Shown: positions 1 through 11,125 of the stretch, piece after piece
Layout of the letters: every line of letters begins with the position of its first letter
Position numbering within the stretch: the stretch's first letter is position 1
Source of the DNA: Anolis carolinensis
Taxonomy: Eukaryota
Direction of reading: 5' to 3'
NCBI RefSeq assembly: GCF_035594765.1
Contig: NC_085846.1
Span: forward strand, 20,881,190 to 20,945,189
DNA: 64,000 bases
Position numbers and translations under genes: made by a program
The notes under the pieces: generated by a model
Told to the model about the DNA's origin: nothing
Database searches by the model: none
What the model saw: the letters and a program-made list of their open reading frames with translations, nothing else

Positions 1-494
1 TGTGGGTTGAGCCAGTGGACCGCATTGCATGATACCTGGCCCCAATCCACACAGCTGTCTTGGGATTTTTGACCTCCTGGAGCCCGAAAATCCAAGACAG
101 CCCCCACCCCCTCCCAAACCCCCTTAAAACACTAAAAAGAAAACAATACTTACCCGGCCAGCATTTCTCTGCTGCTGGCCTTATCCTGGCATATTAAAAT
201 GATGTGCCAGCAGAAGGGGTGGGAAGAAAATTGCTCCTTCCCCACCTCTCCTGGCATGTCATTTCTATGCGCCAGGAGGGGGTCAGCAGCAGGGAAATGC
301 CAGCTGCATAAGTAATTTTTAATTTTAAGGCCTTTCTGTGGGGTTTTCCTTTAAGTCTGGAAGGGCATGTGGACAACCCCCTCCCCAAGAAAACATAGGG
401 TTTCAGGCCAGTGTGGGGACTGCAGGCTGCTGTTACACAGGGTTTTTTTTTGAACCTGGGTCAGCACAGACTTCTTCTCTGTCTGGAATTGGCC
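1..494. mobile_element. Harbinger-like non-autonomous DNA element, truncated by the window edge; same family as 60495-61115
   Basis: Ends ...GTCTGGAATTGGCC followed by TGA. Internal blocks (CCCCCACCCCCTCCCAAACCCCC; CTCCTGGCATGTCATTTCTATGCGCCAGGAGG) match 60757-60920. Confidence 0.45.
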
Positions 495-994
495 TGAGTT
501 GCAGTCCGAAGAAGTAACACTTGTGACCTCTGATAGTAATCCTCCCTTACAAATTATCTATTTAATCCCTCAAAGTAATTTCTTTTTTTAAAGAAATTCA
601 CATCAATGTATTTTATGTTTATGTCTCCTTTCCCTATCTCTATATTTGTTATATGAAAACACCACATAGATTTTTAAACATAATAATAATAATAAAATCT
701 CTAGATATATATGTTGTGCTTATTTTTCAATGTATGTGTCTCACTGACTAAAGTGTGCTTCAGATATATATATAAAGTCATTTGTTCCTATGAAATATAG
801 CATGTAGCACATAGTATTCATTGATGCTCTCCCATCAGGGCTGAGCCTGCTTTGATTTCAAGACCAAAAGGAAGCTAATGTCTTTAAGATATCTAGACAC
901 CTACAGATACCTCTTAATAAGTCCAAGGTTAAGAAGTGGGAAGACAAGAGAGACCAACCAAAGATGAGGGTCAGGGCATTGGACCCTCTACAGC

Positions 995-995
995 G

Positions 996-1027
<32 letters not shown>
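995..1027 (+). repeat. (CT)n microsatellite that forms the polypyrimidine tract of the FN2 exon
   Basis: CT dinucleotide run ending about 5 nt before the AG at 1032-1033. Confidence 0.85.
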
Positions 1028-1033
1028 ATGAAG

Positions 1034-1189
1034 CATACTCCAACAGCAAGCCCTGCGTCTTTCCCTTCATCTACAGGGACCGTACATTCCACACTTGCAC
1101 CAATGAGAACTCAGAAGATGGGAGATTTTGGTGTGCTACAACAGGAAACTATGACAAGGATAAACAGTGGAGCTATTGTGCTAGTTCAA
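1034..1189 (+). CDS. Exon encoding one fibronectin type II (FN2) domain; probably a BSP/ELSPBP1-like multi-FN2 gene whose 5' exons lie upstream of the window
   Basis: Translation PCVFPFIYRDRTFHTCTNENSEDGRFWCATTGNYDKDKQWSYC has the 4-Cys FN2 signature. AG at 1032-1033 and GTAAGT at 1190. The exon is 156 bp, phase 1-1. Confidence 0.85.
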
Positions 1190-1536
1190 GTAAGTCAGAA
1201 AAAGGGACAGGAGAAATAAAATTGGAACATTTTAAAAGCAGCTGAAAAAAAATGGAGGAATACTTTGGACTTTCCCAGCTACATTGGGACACATTTGTAA
1301 AACTGTTATTTGTAGATCAGCATGTGTTTATCAGCTCTGTTGTTTCTAGCTAGCATAAAGATGAATTAGGAAAAGAGGTTGATATATTCCACTCCAAACT
1401 AATTAAGTGGGCAATATGTGTTCAGACCTTTAGTCCTCTCTCCTTCCTCAAATCTCAGGCCCCTGCGTTATATGGCAGTGTAGATCCAACCTGATAGGAA
1501 CTACTGCTTCTTCTAGGAAGCAGGGAGATGATTCCT

Positions 1537-1718
1537 GGGCCCCTTCCACATAGCTGAATAAAATCCCACATTATCTCTTTGAAATGAAATATATGGCAGT
1601 GTTGACTCAGATATCTCAGTTCAAAGTAGATATTGTGGGATTTTCTGCCTTGATTTGTTGTTTCAAATCAGATAATCTGGATTCAGAAGCTGGATTATAT
1701 GGCAGTATAGATGGGGCC
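1537..1718. mobile_element. Harbinger-like MITE (GGCCCCTTCCACA family); related copies near 13080-13225, 19299-19447, 22070-22200, 32519-32625, 46425-46573 and 59291-59335
   Basis: GGGCCCCTTCCACATAGCTGAATAAAATCCCAC...GATGGGGCC with an internal palindrome around TTTGAA/TTCAAAG; multiple copies in the window. Confidence 0.65.
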
Positions 1719-1829
1719 TCAAATTACCTAAATGATGGCACGTCCACATCTTTAACTATAGATCTGTTCCAACTGCCGACAAGGGCTTTGTTTTAATTTT
1801 TAATAAGAATTTTTTAAAATGATAAATAT

Positions 1830-2872
1830 TAGGGATGTGCAATTTTTTGTTAGTCGTCATAAGTCATATCAAATTCTTTACATTTGTACTTACAATGCAA
1901 TATTTGGTGCTGGCATGGACTTAAAACTTAAAAATCCAAACTTACGCAATATGTTTTTGTTTGAATTTTTTTAAATCTCGGAATCCTCCCAAGGTCAGTT
2001 TCATTTTCAGTGCAAGGAAGCAAAGGAAAGCCAAAAAGGCTGCCTTTCCTCCTTACATGAATAGCCTTTGGTGATTAGAAGAGAGAAATGCAGCAGGGAG
2101 AAAGCAAAGCTTGCCGGGAGAAAGACTGAGAAAGCACAGATTTCTGGGAAATGTAATTTGGGAAGGTGAGGAGGCCTATGGTAGAGAATTCATAAGGCCC
2201 TGCCCTAAACTACATTTCCAAAATTCTGCTCAGCCTCAGAAAGCCCCAATCAGAAGGGGGGAGATTTTTTTTCCCTCTGTCGCAGCAGGCAGCCTGAGCT
2301 CCAATAAATTGTTGAATCTGTAAAGAGGAGGACTGGCTGATACTTCTAGTAAGTAAATCTCTGTGCTAGGCTGGGAAGAAATCCCTAAATGGAAGTTCTG
2401 TTGGTTAATATGATAGACATTTAATGAGATAGCTGTTGTGGCTTTACAAAAACATATTTTGTCAATCCCTAAAATCAATAGATGTATGAATATTTCTGAA
2501 AGTTGGGGGTGATACCCTATTATATTTTGTCATTGTACAGAAAATTCAAGAAGATAGCACTTGTAGTTTTTTTAAAAAAATGTTGTTTATAAAAACGTTG
2601 AAAATTCTCCAAAAATCCATGTGTAGGTGAAAAATTCTGAACCGTGATGTGCTAACAGCCCAATAGCTGTAAAAATGAGGAGAAAGGAGTCCCTGAAGTT
2701 TATTCACTTGTGCAATTACTATAACGAAAAAGTAACCAAATTTCGTTACTCTTGTTATAGTAACAAAATTTTTACTAACTATACTTTAGAAACACTTTAG
2801 AAATGAAACACTGGCACCCCCAATTTTGTAATGACGTTTGAAACTTTTTTTTTTATCTATCGCACTGGCCTA
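1830..2872. mobile_element. Non-autonomous hAT-type DNA element with TAG...CTA termini
   Basis: Termini TAGGGATGTGC / GCACTGGCCTA. Flanks ATAAATAT (1822-1829) and GTAAATAT (2873-2880) give a 7/8 TSD. Confidence 0.6.
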
Positions 2873-3127
2873 GTAAATATGTTCTTTTTCAATATAAATT
2901 TAAAAATAGATCAAAATGGGTGAAATCAACACTGACTCGTCTAACTAAGCTCATTACTTTGGGTTTATATTAATTTTGGTGCTAAATTCATATATTTTTA
3001 TTGGTGTGGGCATTTTAATTGCTTTTATATGTTGACATCTTCTTCCTTTGGATTCCTGGTTGTAGTTTTATAGTTCTACCAAATTAACTTTATAAAGGGA
3101 TTTTAATTTTAGTTTTTCTCTTTCTAG

Positions 3128-3135
3128 GTGGCTAA
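3128..3135 (+). CDS. Putative terminal coding exon of the FN2 gene (adds Ser-Gly-stop), followed by a 3' UTR
   Basis: Polypyrimidine tract TTTTTCTCTTTCTAG ends at 3127. The phase-1 join reads A|GT GGC TAA. AATAAA at 3257-3262. Confidence 0.5.
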
Positions 3136-3361
3136 AGACGACTCACGCAATAGATATCAGTGGTTCCTACCATGAAGCAGTCATTGTTCTTCTGATTTGA
3201 TCATTGCAGCCATTGTTCATCTGATTCTATCCTGACAAGATCAATCCAAAATCAGAAATAAAGTCTTTATGCAGCATGCCATGACTGAGTCTTTGGTCAT
3301 CTTGTTTCCTGTCTTGGATCCCATATAGGCTTGTCATTTTGTAACTATTTTATAAAATTAA

Positions 3362-3572
3362 TAGAATCATAAAATCCTAGAGTTGGAAAAGATCACAAGG
3401 GCCAACCCCCTGTCATAAAGAATACACGAATTACTCTCAACAGATGCCCATTCAGACTGTTTAACAATCCCCAGCGAAGAAGACTCGACCACACCCTGAG
3501 GCAGTGTATTGTTCCACGGTTAAACAGCTTTTACCCTCAGGAAGTTCTTCCTAATGTTTAGGTGGAACCTCT
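3362..3572 (-). mobile_element. Degenerate CR1 LINE 3' fragment
   Basis: TAGAATCATA tail remnant followed by sequence similar to the young CR1 at 12160-12400. Confidence 0.7.
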
Positions 3573-3659
3573 TTTGAAGCTCTTTTAGCTTCTTCATTGG
3601 GTAAAGAAGATTTCACCTCAATTTCTGCCCCTGTGATAAATGAATTATGATTTTTTTTT

Positions 3660-3845
3660 GCTTGTTGTGGAAACATGGATTGGTGATAAAGCTTCAGTGG
3701 AGACACCTTTTCCCCATGATCTTTCAGGATTTAATTTCCCTTTCTAGGGGTAGATTTTTCTCATTTCCCGTTAACTCTCTCACCCCCCATTCTTAAGTAT
3801 GAGCCGTTTGTAAGTCAAATGTTTGTAACTCGGAGACCTCCTGTA
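3660..3845. mobile_element. pogo/Tigger-like MITE fragment
   Basis: Ends in TTTGTAACTCGGAGACCTCCTG followed by TA, a typical Tigger-like terminus. Confidence 0.45.
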
Positions 3846-4037
3846 TATGATTGTAAAAGACTGGTAACTGTATGGGCCTATTAAAGAAACCAAAGATGCT
3901 ATTGTTCTCAAGGGTTAAAGTATCACTTTTTTGTTGTTGTTGTAAAGAGGCAAAAGAAAATCAATTATAAAATGTTATTTTGCTGTGATACAATGGTAGT
4001 CCAAAATCATATGAAAAATTCCAGGACCAAACAAGAA

Positions 4038-4500
4038 TGTGAGCTTACTTTGCTCTTTCAAATCTGGCACTATAAGCATTACTCCAGTTCTCTTGGGAGA
4101 GCACAGTCAACCCTCCACATTAGTGGGTTTTAGATCACTAAACCTAAAGAAGCCATTCCAGAGCCTTGTTTTCCTGTGCCTTGTTTGTGTATCATCATTG
4201 ACTTCATACCTTGGACTACCTTAGAATTATTCCTGCATTCCAGTCTTGGTTTCCTGTGGTTATCCTTGATTCATGTCTTGGGGAATAATCCAGTTGTGGA
4301 CTATGCTGTTTGAGTGGTTTTTATAGACTCGTGTTTCATGAACTTCAGATACCTTGCTTTTGTGGATTTAACCCTAATTTACTGACTCTGAACTATATTT
4401 TGCTTTTGCTTGCATATAATCATCAATAAACAACTTGCTTGCTTATATTCTAGGGCTTCAGTGTGGTTTTGTGGTGCCTATGTAGCCTATGGGTGCAACA
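4038..4500 (+). mobile_element. Possible solo LTR
   Basis: Pyrimidine/T-rich body, AATAAA at about 4425, ends ...GTGCAACA. The 5' boundary and TSD are not resolved. Confidence 0.25.
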
Positions 4501-6798
4501 GTGATAGACCATGCAGATCAAGAATAGGTCTCTACAGTTACGGACCCACTCCCAAGACTCTACCCTTGGAAGACAATCATACTCAGTCACAAGGGATAGC
4601 CTATGATGATGATTAGATCAACGAATTCATTTGTCATGGATAACAGATAATTTTGATGAAATAATATTGATAATGTTAATAGGCCTGTTATCTGGTGTCT
4701 CTGTTTAGATTTTTGGTGAAGAAGAAGACCGGGAGGAAAGGTGATCATTCACTCTCCTTCCTTTTTCTTAGCTTTTGCAGCATTGAGTGCTTTATCTTTT
4801 CATACTATAATGCCCTCGCCTGACACTAGTCTTTCCATCCACCAAAGAACATACAACATATGTGTTAGTTTGTAATACTAGTTCCATTAATATGTCTTTC
4901 TTTGTTCTTCTTTTGCATTGGGAGTTTATCAAACAAGGTAAGCAAATCACATACAAAGCAGGACAGCAGTGTCGTGGTCTTATCACACAATGGCTCTCCT
5001 TTCCCATCATGCCCCCAGTGGGATATATTTGAAAGATGTTTCTTTTACAAAAAGAAGTCATTAACAGGTTATTCATGTTTGTAAAAAAACATTTCCAGGA
5101 TGTTTTCCAGCATGAGAATAGATGGAAAAGAATGATGTCAAGTGAAACATGAAAGGCAAAGATGCTATTGCCCTTCTATAATTTGCAATTTGTCTGCCTC
5201 ATGTGATAAACTCCTTAGTCATTTACATTTTGGCTTGTAGGATACAACCAAATACTGATTGTTGGATATGAAATCCATTAGTAGTAACTTCTGTCTAATT
5301 TATTTTCCATAGAATTTTATTCAAATAGGATACAAAGATAAATTAAAATAAAATTATTTTGCTATGAGAAGTTTCCAGAACCTATTTAAACTACCATGCT
5401 AAGCTATTTCTCTCCTCCAAACCATAGTCTTCATTTAGTTTCTGAAGAAGAGGAAAAAATGTTTTAGACAAATGAACAGTTGTAATTAGAACGCAAAGGA
5501 AAAATTAATTGATGTAACTTGAAGTCTTGTTTACATAAATATGCCAGTCTCAGATCATGCTGTGCCATAAGCAGATGAGAGGAACCTGCTGGACTGAGCA
5601 GAGCAAAATGCAGTATTGTGCAGAAAGAATAAAGGAGTGCACTAAAAAATTCCACAAGTACAGTAGCTGAAATGCATCTATTAGCATTCTTATTATAGCC
5701 AGTACGTTATGTTCCCAGAAATGTCAGCATTTATATTTTGCTTCCTTTTTCTTTCCTTCTTTCTTGGTCCACTCCTCTGGAAACATCTTTATTTTTGAAT
5801 GCACATATTGTGTTTGCAGACATTCACATCCACTGCAGGTTGTAAGTATGTAAATCTTATTTCAGTAATGGAAAGTATTTCTTCAATTATGTCCAGAAAA
5901 AATGTTTTTGTAGAATATGTTTATATGATTTAATGTTTTAAAGTGAAACATGATAAATTGTCAAGGGGGTATTTTCTATACAGGAAAGAAAAATAAAATA
6001 AATTTATTTTCCTTTGCTTTTATTGCATTTTGCAAAGACATAATCTGAGTGAATCTGGTAATATTCATTTTAAGAAATTAATTGCTTTAAGAAATGTGTT
6101 GGCTACATTGGTTTGCTGTCATGTCATATTATGTTCAATAACCATTTTGACAAATCATCAGCAACATTGTCAGCAACAGCACCTCCAACTTTAAATGTTT
6201 TTACATTTTAAGAGATTTTAAAGACATCTTTGTTATTAGGTGGTATGAAAATGTAACTGATCAATCAATATGCAGGTAGATGTTGTACCATCCAAAGGTA
6301 ATATAATTATCTCAATAAACATGAGTAGAAAAGCACCAGTGGAAGAAAGCTAAAATATGTCTGACAGTTCAAGATTCGTATAGGCACATGATAGTAGATT
6401 CAGATCTTAGGTAATTTGTTTTACAGATACATTCACAACTTCTTGCAAGGTGACCAGCATTGCATTTTAACATTGTAAAGTTAGACTGAAAGATAGTGAC
6501 CTGCTTGAAACATTCCAATGAACTGCATGGAATTTTACCCAAAAGCAGGAATTTGACCATAGCTTTTCAGACCTAAGATTAAATTCTTTTAGTCTCTCTA
6601 CTAAATTGCCTTAAAATACATTATAACAGAAGAGAAAGCACTTTGAGTTTGCTTAAACTTGAAATCAAAGGTATATAACACAACTATATATTGTTCCATT
6701 TATTCTTATCCAAAAGTAACCTGGGATCCTCTCACTTTGTTGCATCATGTTTTGGGAAACAGCTGTAGACAGATTTGCAGAGAAAATATTTACAATGT

Positions 6799-7027
6799 GT
6801 TGTCGAAAGCTTTCATGGCCAGAATCACTGAGTTGCTGTGAGTTTTCCAGAAGCATTCTCTCCTGACATTTTGCCCACATCTATGGCAGGCATCCTAAGA
6901 GTTTATAAAGTCTTCACAACCTCAGACTTCACAACTTCTGAAGATGCCTGCCTTAGAATTGGGTGAAATGTCGGGAAAGAATGCTTTAGGAACATGGCCA
7001 TACAGCCCGGAAAACTCACAGTAACCC
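6799..7027. mobile_element. Penelope-derived short insertion with an inverted (hairpin) structure
   Basis: 6829-6900 is the reverse complement of 6915-7027 and is homologous to 31910-32010. TSD AATATTTACAATGT (6785-6798) / AATATTTATAATGT (7028-7041). Confidence 0.7.
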
Positions 7028-7218
7028 AATATTTATAATGTCTGTCTTTTCCCCCTGCAGTGTATCACACTTCAATGCATTGTCTTTATTCATGCATTTC
7101 CTGAATTTTGTATTTTCTTGAGTGCATCAAAATGTTGCTTTCTTCTGTGAAGACTACCCTTCATTCTGTAATATGAGCATGATTATTCTTTCATTTTTCT
7201 GTAGATCCTTTGACCAAT

Positions 7219-10172
7219 ATGAAATTGGAAAACCAGACCAGAGTGCAGGAGTTTCTTCTTCTGGGCTTTCCCACTTTCATGGAATTTCAAAGGAGGTAAC
7301 TGAGGCACCTGTCTGTTCGAACTTGTGGGATTCGTTTCAGCTTGTTCGCCCGGATGACGTGGACAGGATCCTTGGGGCGGTGAGAGCGACCACTTGCTCT
7401 GCAGACCCTTGCCCCTCGTGGCTAATTAAATCGGCCAGAGGAGGGTTGGTAGAGTGGTTTGTGATGATAATTAATGCCTCTTTGGATCAAGGCAAATTTC
7501 CATCTGTCCTCAAACAGGCCATAGTGAGGCCTATATTGAAGAAGGCCTCCCTTGATTCGGCCATTCTAAACAACTACAGACCAATCTCGAACCTCCCTTT
7601 CTTGGGCAAGGTCCTGGAGCGGGTGGTTGCCTCGCAGCTCCAGGGTTTCCTGGATGACACCGATTTTCTGGACCCATCGCAGTCTGGCTTTAGACCTGGG
7701 CACAGTACTGAGACGGCTTTGGTCGCCTTGGTGGATGACCTCCGCAGGGAGCTGGACAGGGGGAGTGTGACCCTGCTGGTTCTCTTGGACATCTCAGCGG
7801 CTTTCGATACCATCGACCATGGTATCCTTCTGGGACGGCTCTCCGGGATGGGCCTTGGGGGCATGGCTCTGTCGTGGCTTCAGTCCTTCCTGGAGGGCCG
7901 TTCCCAGTTGGTGAAGCTGGGGGACACCTGCTCAGACCCCTGGCCTTTGACCTGTGGGGTCCCGCAAGGTTCCATTCTGTCCCCCATGCTTTTTAACATC
8001 TACATGAAACCGCTGGGAGAGGTCATCCGGAGTTTTGGAGTTCGGTGCCATCTCTACGCAGATGACACTCAACTCTACTACTCCTTTCCACCGAACTCCA
8101 AGGAAGCCCCCCAGATACTGAACCAGTGCTTGGCAGCTGTGATGGGCTGGATGAGGGCGAATAAGCTGAAGCTTAATCCCGACAAGACAGAGGTCCTCCA
8201 GGTCAGTCGTATGTCCGATCGGGGTATTGGGTGGCTACCTGTGCTTGACGGGGTCGCACTCCCCCTGAAGGCGCAGGTCCGCAGTTTGGGGGTCCTCCTG
8301 GACTCAGCACTGACGCTTGATGCTCAGGTGTCGGCCGTGGCCGGGAGGGCCTTTGCACAATTGAAACTTGTGCGCCAACTGCGACCTTACCTCGTGAAGT
8401 CTGATCTGGCCACGGTGGTCCATGCCTTAGTTACCTCTAGACTGGACTATTGCAATGCACTCTACGTGGGGCTGCCCTTGAAGACGGCCCGGAAACTCCA
8501 ACTAGTTCAACGTTCGGCAGCCTTGCTTCTAACTGGAGCAAATTATAGGGAGCGGTCAACCCTCCTGCTTAAGGAGCTCCACTGGCTGCCGTTCACCTTC
8601 CGGACCCAATTCAAGGTGCACGTGATCACCTACAAAGCCCTGAACGGTTTGGGACCCTCCTACCTTAGTGATCGCCTCTCGCCCTACGAACCTGCACGAT
8701 CTCTTCGTTCGTCGGGGGAGGCCCTCCTCTCGCTCCCACCTCCGTCACAAGCACGGTTGGTGGGGACGAGAGAGAGGGCCTTCTCCGTGGTGGCCCCCCG
8801 GCTCTGGAACTCGCTCCCCAGGGAAATCAGGCAAGCCCCCACCCTGGTAGCATTCAGAAAGAGCTTGAAAACCTGGCTCTTTACTCAAGCCTTTAGATAA
8901 AGATTGCTCATCCAGAAGCAACCTGTATCTGTGACCATTCTTGTACCGGTTTGCACCTTTTACCTTTGTCAACTCGATATAGACACAGGGTCTATTCCCA
9001 TCCCAATTTGCACTTCCAGAATTTGCAGCACTTTATCAGTCACCTCGTGTCTACAATATTTATATGGTGCACCTTACCCAGTCTACTTTTACAATCTCTC
9101 AGTTTTAATCCATGTTTTTATTAGTTCTTGTTTTTTATTGGCTAATGTTTTATTTTATTTTTTTATTTTTTTATTGTGCAAGTTGTTGTCTATTGCTGTG
9201 TTTTATACTGCTACTGTTTTTATTCGGGCTTGGCCCCATGTAAGCCGCCCTGAGTCCCCTTCGGGGAGATAGAGGCGGGGTATAAAAATAAAGTTATTAT
9301 TATTATTATTATTATTATTTCAAATACTGCTGTTTATAATATTCCTTATTGTTTATATCCTCACCCTGTTGGAGAACATTGTGATTATTATGCTGATAAG
9401 GATGAACAAACAACTTCATAAACCAATGTACTTTTTCCTCAGTCACCTCTCTTTCCTGGAAACTTGGTACATTTCTGTGACAGTTCCTAAACTCCTGGTT
9501 AACTTGGTCACAAAGAACAAAAGCATTTCTTATGAAGGATGCATGGCCCAGCTATACTTTTTCATATCTCTAGTCTGCACTGAGTGTGTCCTCTTGGCTG
9601 TCATGGCTTATGATCGTTATGTTGCTATTTGCAACCCTCTGCGTTATCCAGTTATTATGACTGCTCAATTTTGCTTGCACTTAGCTGTGGGGTCCTGGCT
9701 TACTGGCTTCCTCATTTCAATGTTAAAGGTCTTCTTCATATCCTGCTTGAATTTTTGTGGACCCAACACCATCAACCATTTCTTCTGCGATATCTCACCG
9801 CTGCTCAACCTCTCTTGCACAGACCGCACAGTGGCTGAGATGGTGGACTTTGTTTTTGCTCTCATTATCCTCATAATTCCACTGTCTGTCAACATTGGGT
9901 CCTATGTATGCATAATAGTAACCATTTTACATATTCCCACAACCCAAGGGAAAAAGAAAGCCTTTTCCACCTGTGCTTCACACCTCACTGTGGTTATGAT
10001 CTTCTTCTCAGCCACCCTCTTCATGTACGCTCGACCCAAGAGAATCCATTCTTTTGATCTCAATAAGCTTGTTTCAGTTGTGTACACTATTGTCACACCC
10101 ATGTTGAATCCCTGCATTTACTGTCTAAGGAATCAAGATGTAAAGGAAGCCCTGAAAAAAGTTTTTTTGTAG
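7219..10172 (+). pseudogene. OR6B1-like: OR6B1-like olfactory receptor disrupted by an L2 insertion (coding parts 7219-7291 and 9325-10172)
   Basis: ATG at 7219 gives MKLENQTRVQEFLLLGFPTFMEFQ. The frame resumes after the L2 tail as [20 protein letters not shown]...PMYFFL...[10 protein letters not shown]...KAFSTC...[12 protein letters not shown]. Removing the insert and one ATTTCAAA gives an intact 921-bp ORF (306 aa). Splice acceptor TTTTTCTGTAG at 7204. Confidence 0.92.
7292..9316 (+). mobile_element. 5'-truncated L2-clade LINE with an uninterrupted RT reading frame to 8900
   Basis: Motifs NYRPISNL, LLDISAAFDTIDH, GVPQGS, YADDTQLY, SRLDYCN and LHWLP. AATAAA at 9287 plus a (TTA)n tail. TSD ATTTCAAA at 7284-7291 and 9317-9324. 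Confidence 0.95.
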
Positions 10173-11049
10173 TTTGTAGAATGTCACCACAGTCATCTGT
10201 ACTGACCATTAGAGTCATATAAGATAGACAATAATAATGGAGTGAAGTAAAATTGATTGCAGGCGGAGAAGAATAATGATCAAGGGAAAGGAGGTACTCT
10301 GTGCCATCTAATGTAGTGTTGGAAAAATGATGTCACTCTTTCCCATATTATTCATCTAATGGTCAATGTTGTATCAATTAAAATTTCCCTATTTTCTTCC
10401 CACTTCCCTGAAGATGACATGGTTTTCCCTTTTCACTAAAGCCATTTTTAAAGCTATTGCTGGAAACACCCAAGAAGTCCTCCTCACTCCTTCTCTCCCC
10501 ATCTCCCAGCTCAGTTGTCGCATGGCCTATGTCCGACCTTTCCCATAAAATAATTCAAATTGTTTCCAATACTAATCAGATTTTCCAAGAGTAGTCTATT
10601 CCATTATTTCTTAGGTTAGTCAATATGAAGGAACCAACAATTTCACTGCTAATTTGCTTGTGAGCTGGCACAAAGTTTCCCATTGGCTTTCTCCGTTTCT
10701 TTCTTTCCTGGAGACTTACTAGGGATTCAAAGCCAATAATTCAGGTATCAGTACATTGTATGGCACAAGTCTTGTCCACATCAAAGATTTTCTGTTGCTG
10801 TTTTTCTATTGTAAAAAAGATGTAGAAATGTGTTCCCAAAATGTGTTCCTCTATGTTAAGTATTTGATGTTCTATATGATGAAAAGTGTCATGAATTCGT
10901 CTTTCCTATGTGAATTAATCATGCAACTGAGATTCATAAGCATTTTACAATTACAATACATGTAATTCTGACTTTATATGAAATCATTGGATGGATGAAG
11001 TGTGAGTAACAATGGCATGAAAGTTCAGTAAACATCAGTGATAGCTATC

Positions 11050-11125
11050 TTATTTATTATTTATTTATTTCCAATATTTTTACCCAGCCCTTCTCCCCGA
11101 GGGGACTCAGGGCGGCTTACACAAC
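11050..11125 (-). mobile_element. L2 3'-terminal remnant (similar remnants at about 45880-45955 minus and 34285-34335 plus)
   Basis: Reverse complement of the L2 3' end (GTAAGCCGCCCTGAGTCCCC...) next to a (TTTA)n tail. Confidence 0.65.

Noticed and set aside
7122-8900. 592-aa ORF as a novel host gene or domesticated RT
   Set aside because: Its first about 56 codons are intron plus off-frame OR sequence with a GTG start; the rest is a truncated L2 bounded by a TSD.
9369-10172. 267-aa OR as a complete gene
   Set aside because: TTG start within TM1; the real N-terminus is at 7219, on the other side of the L2.
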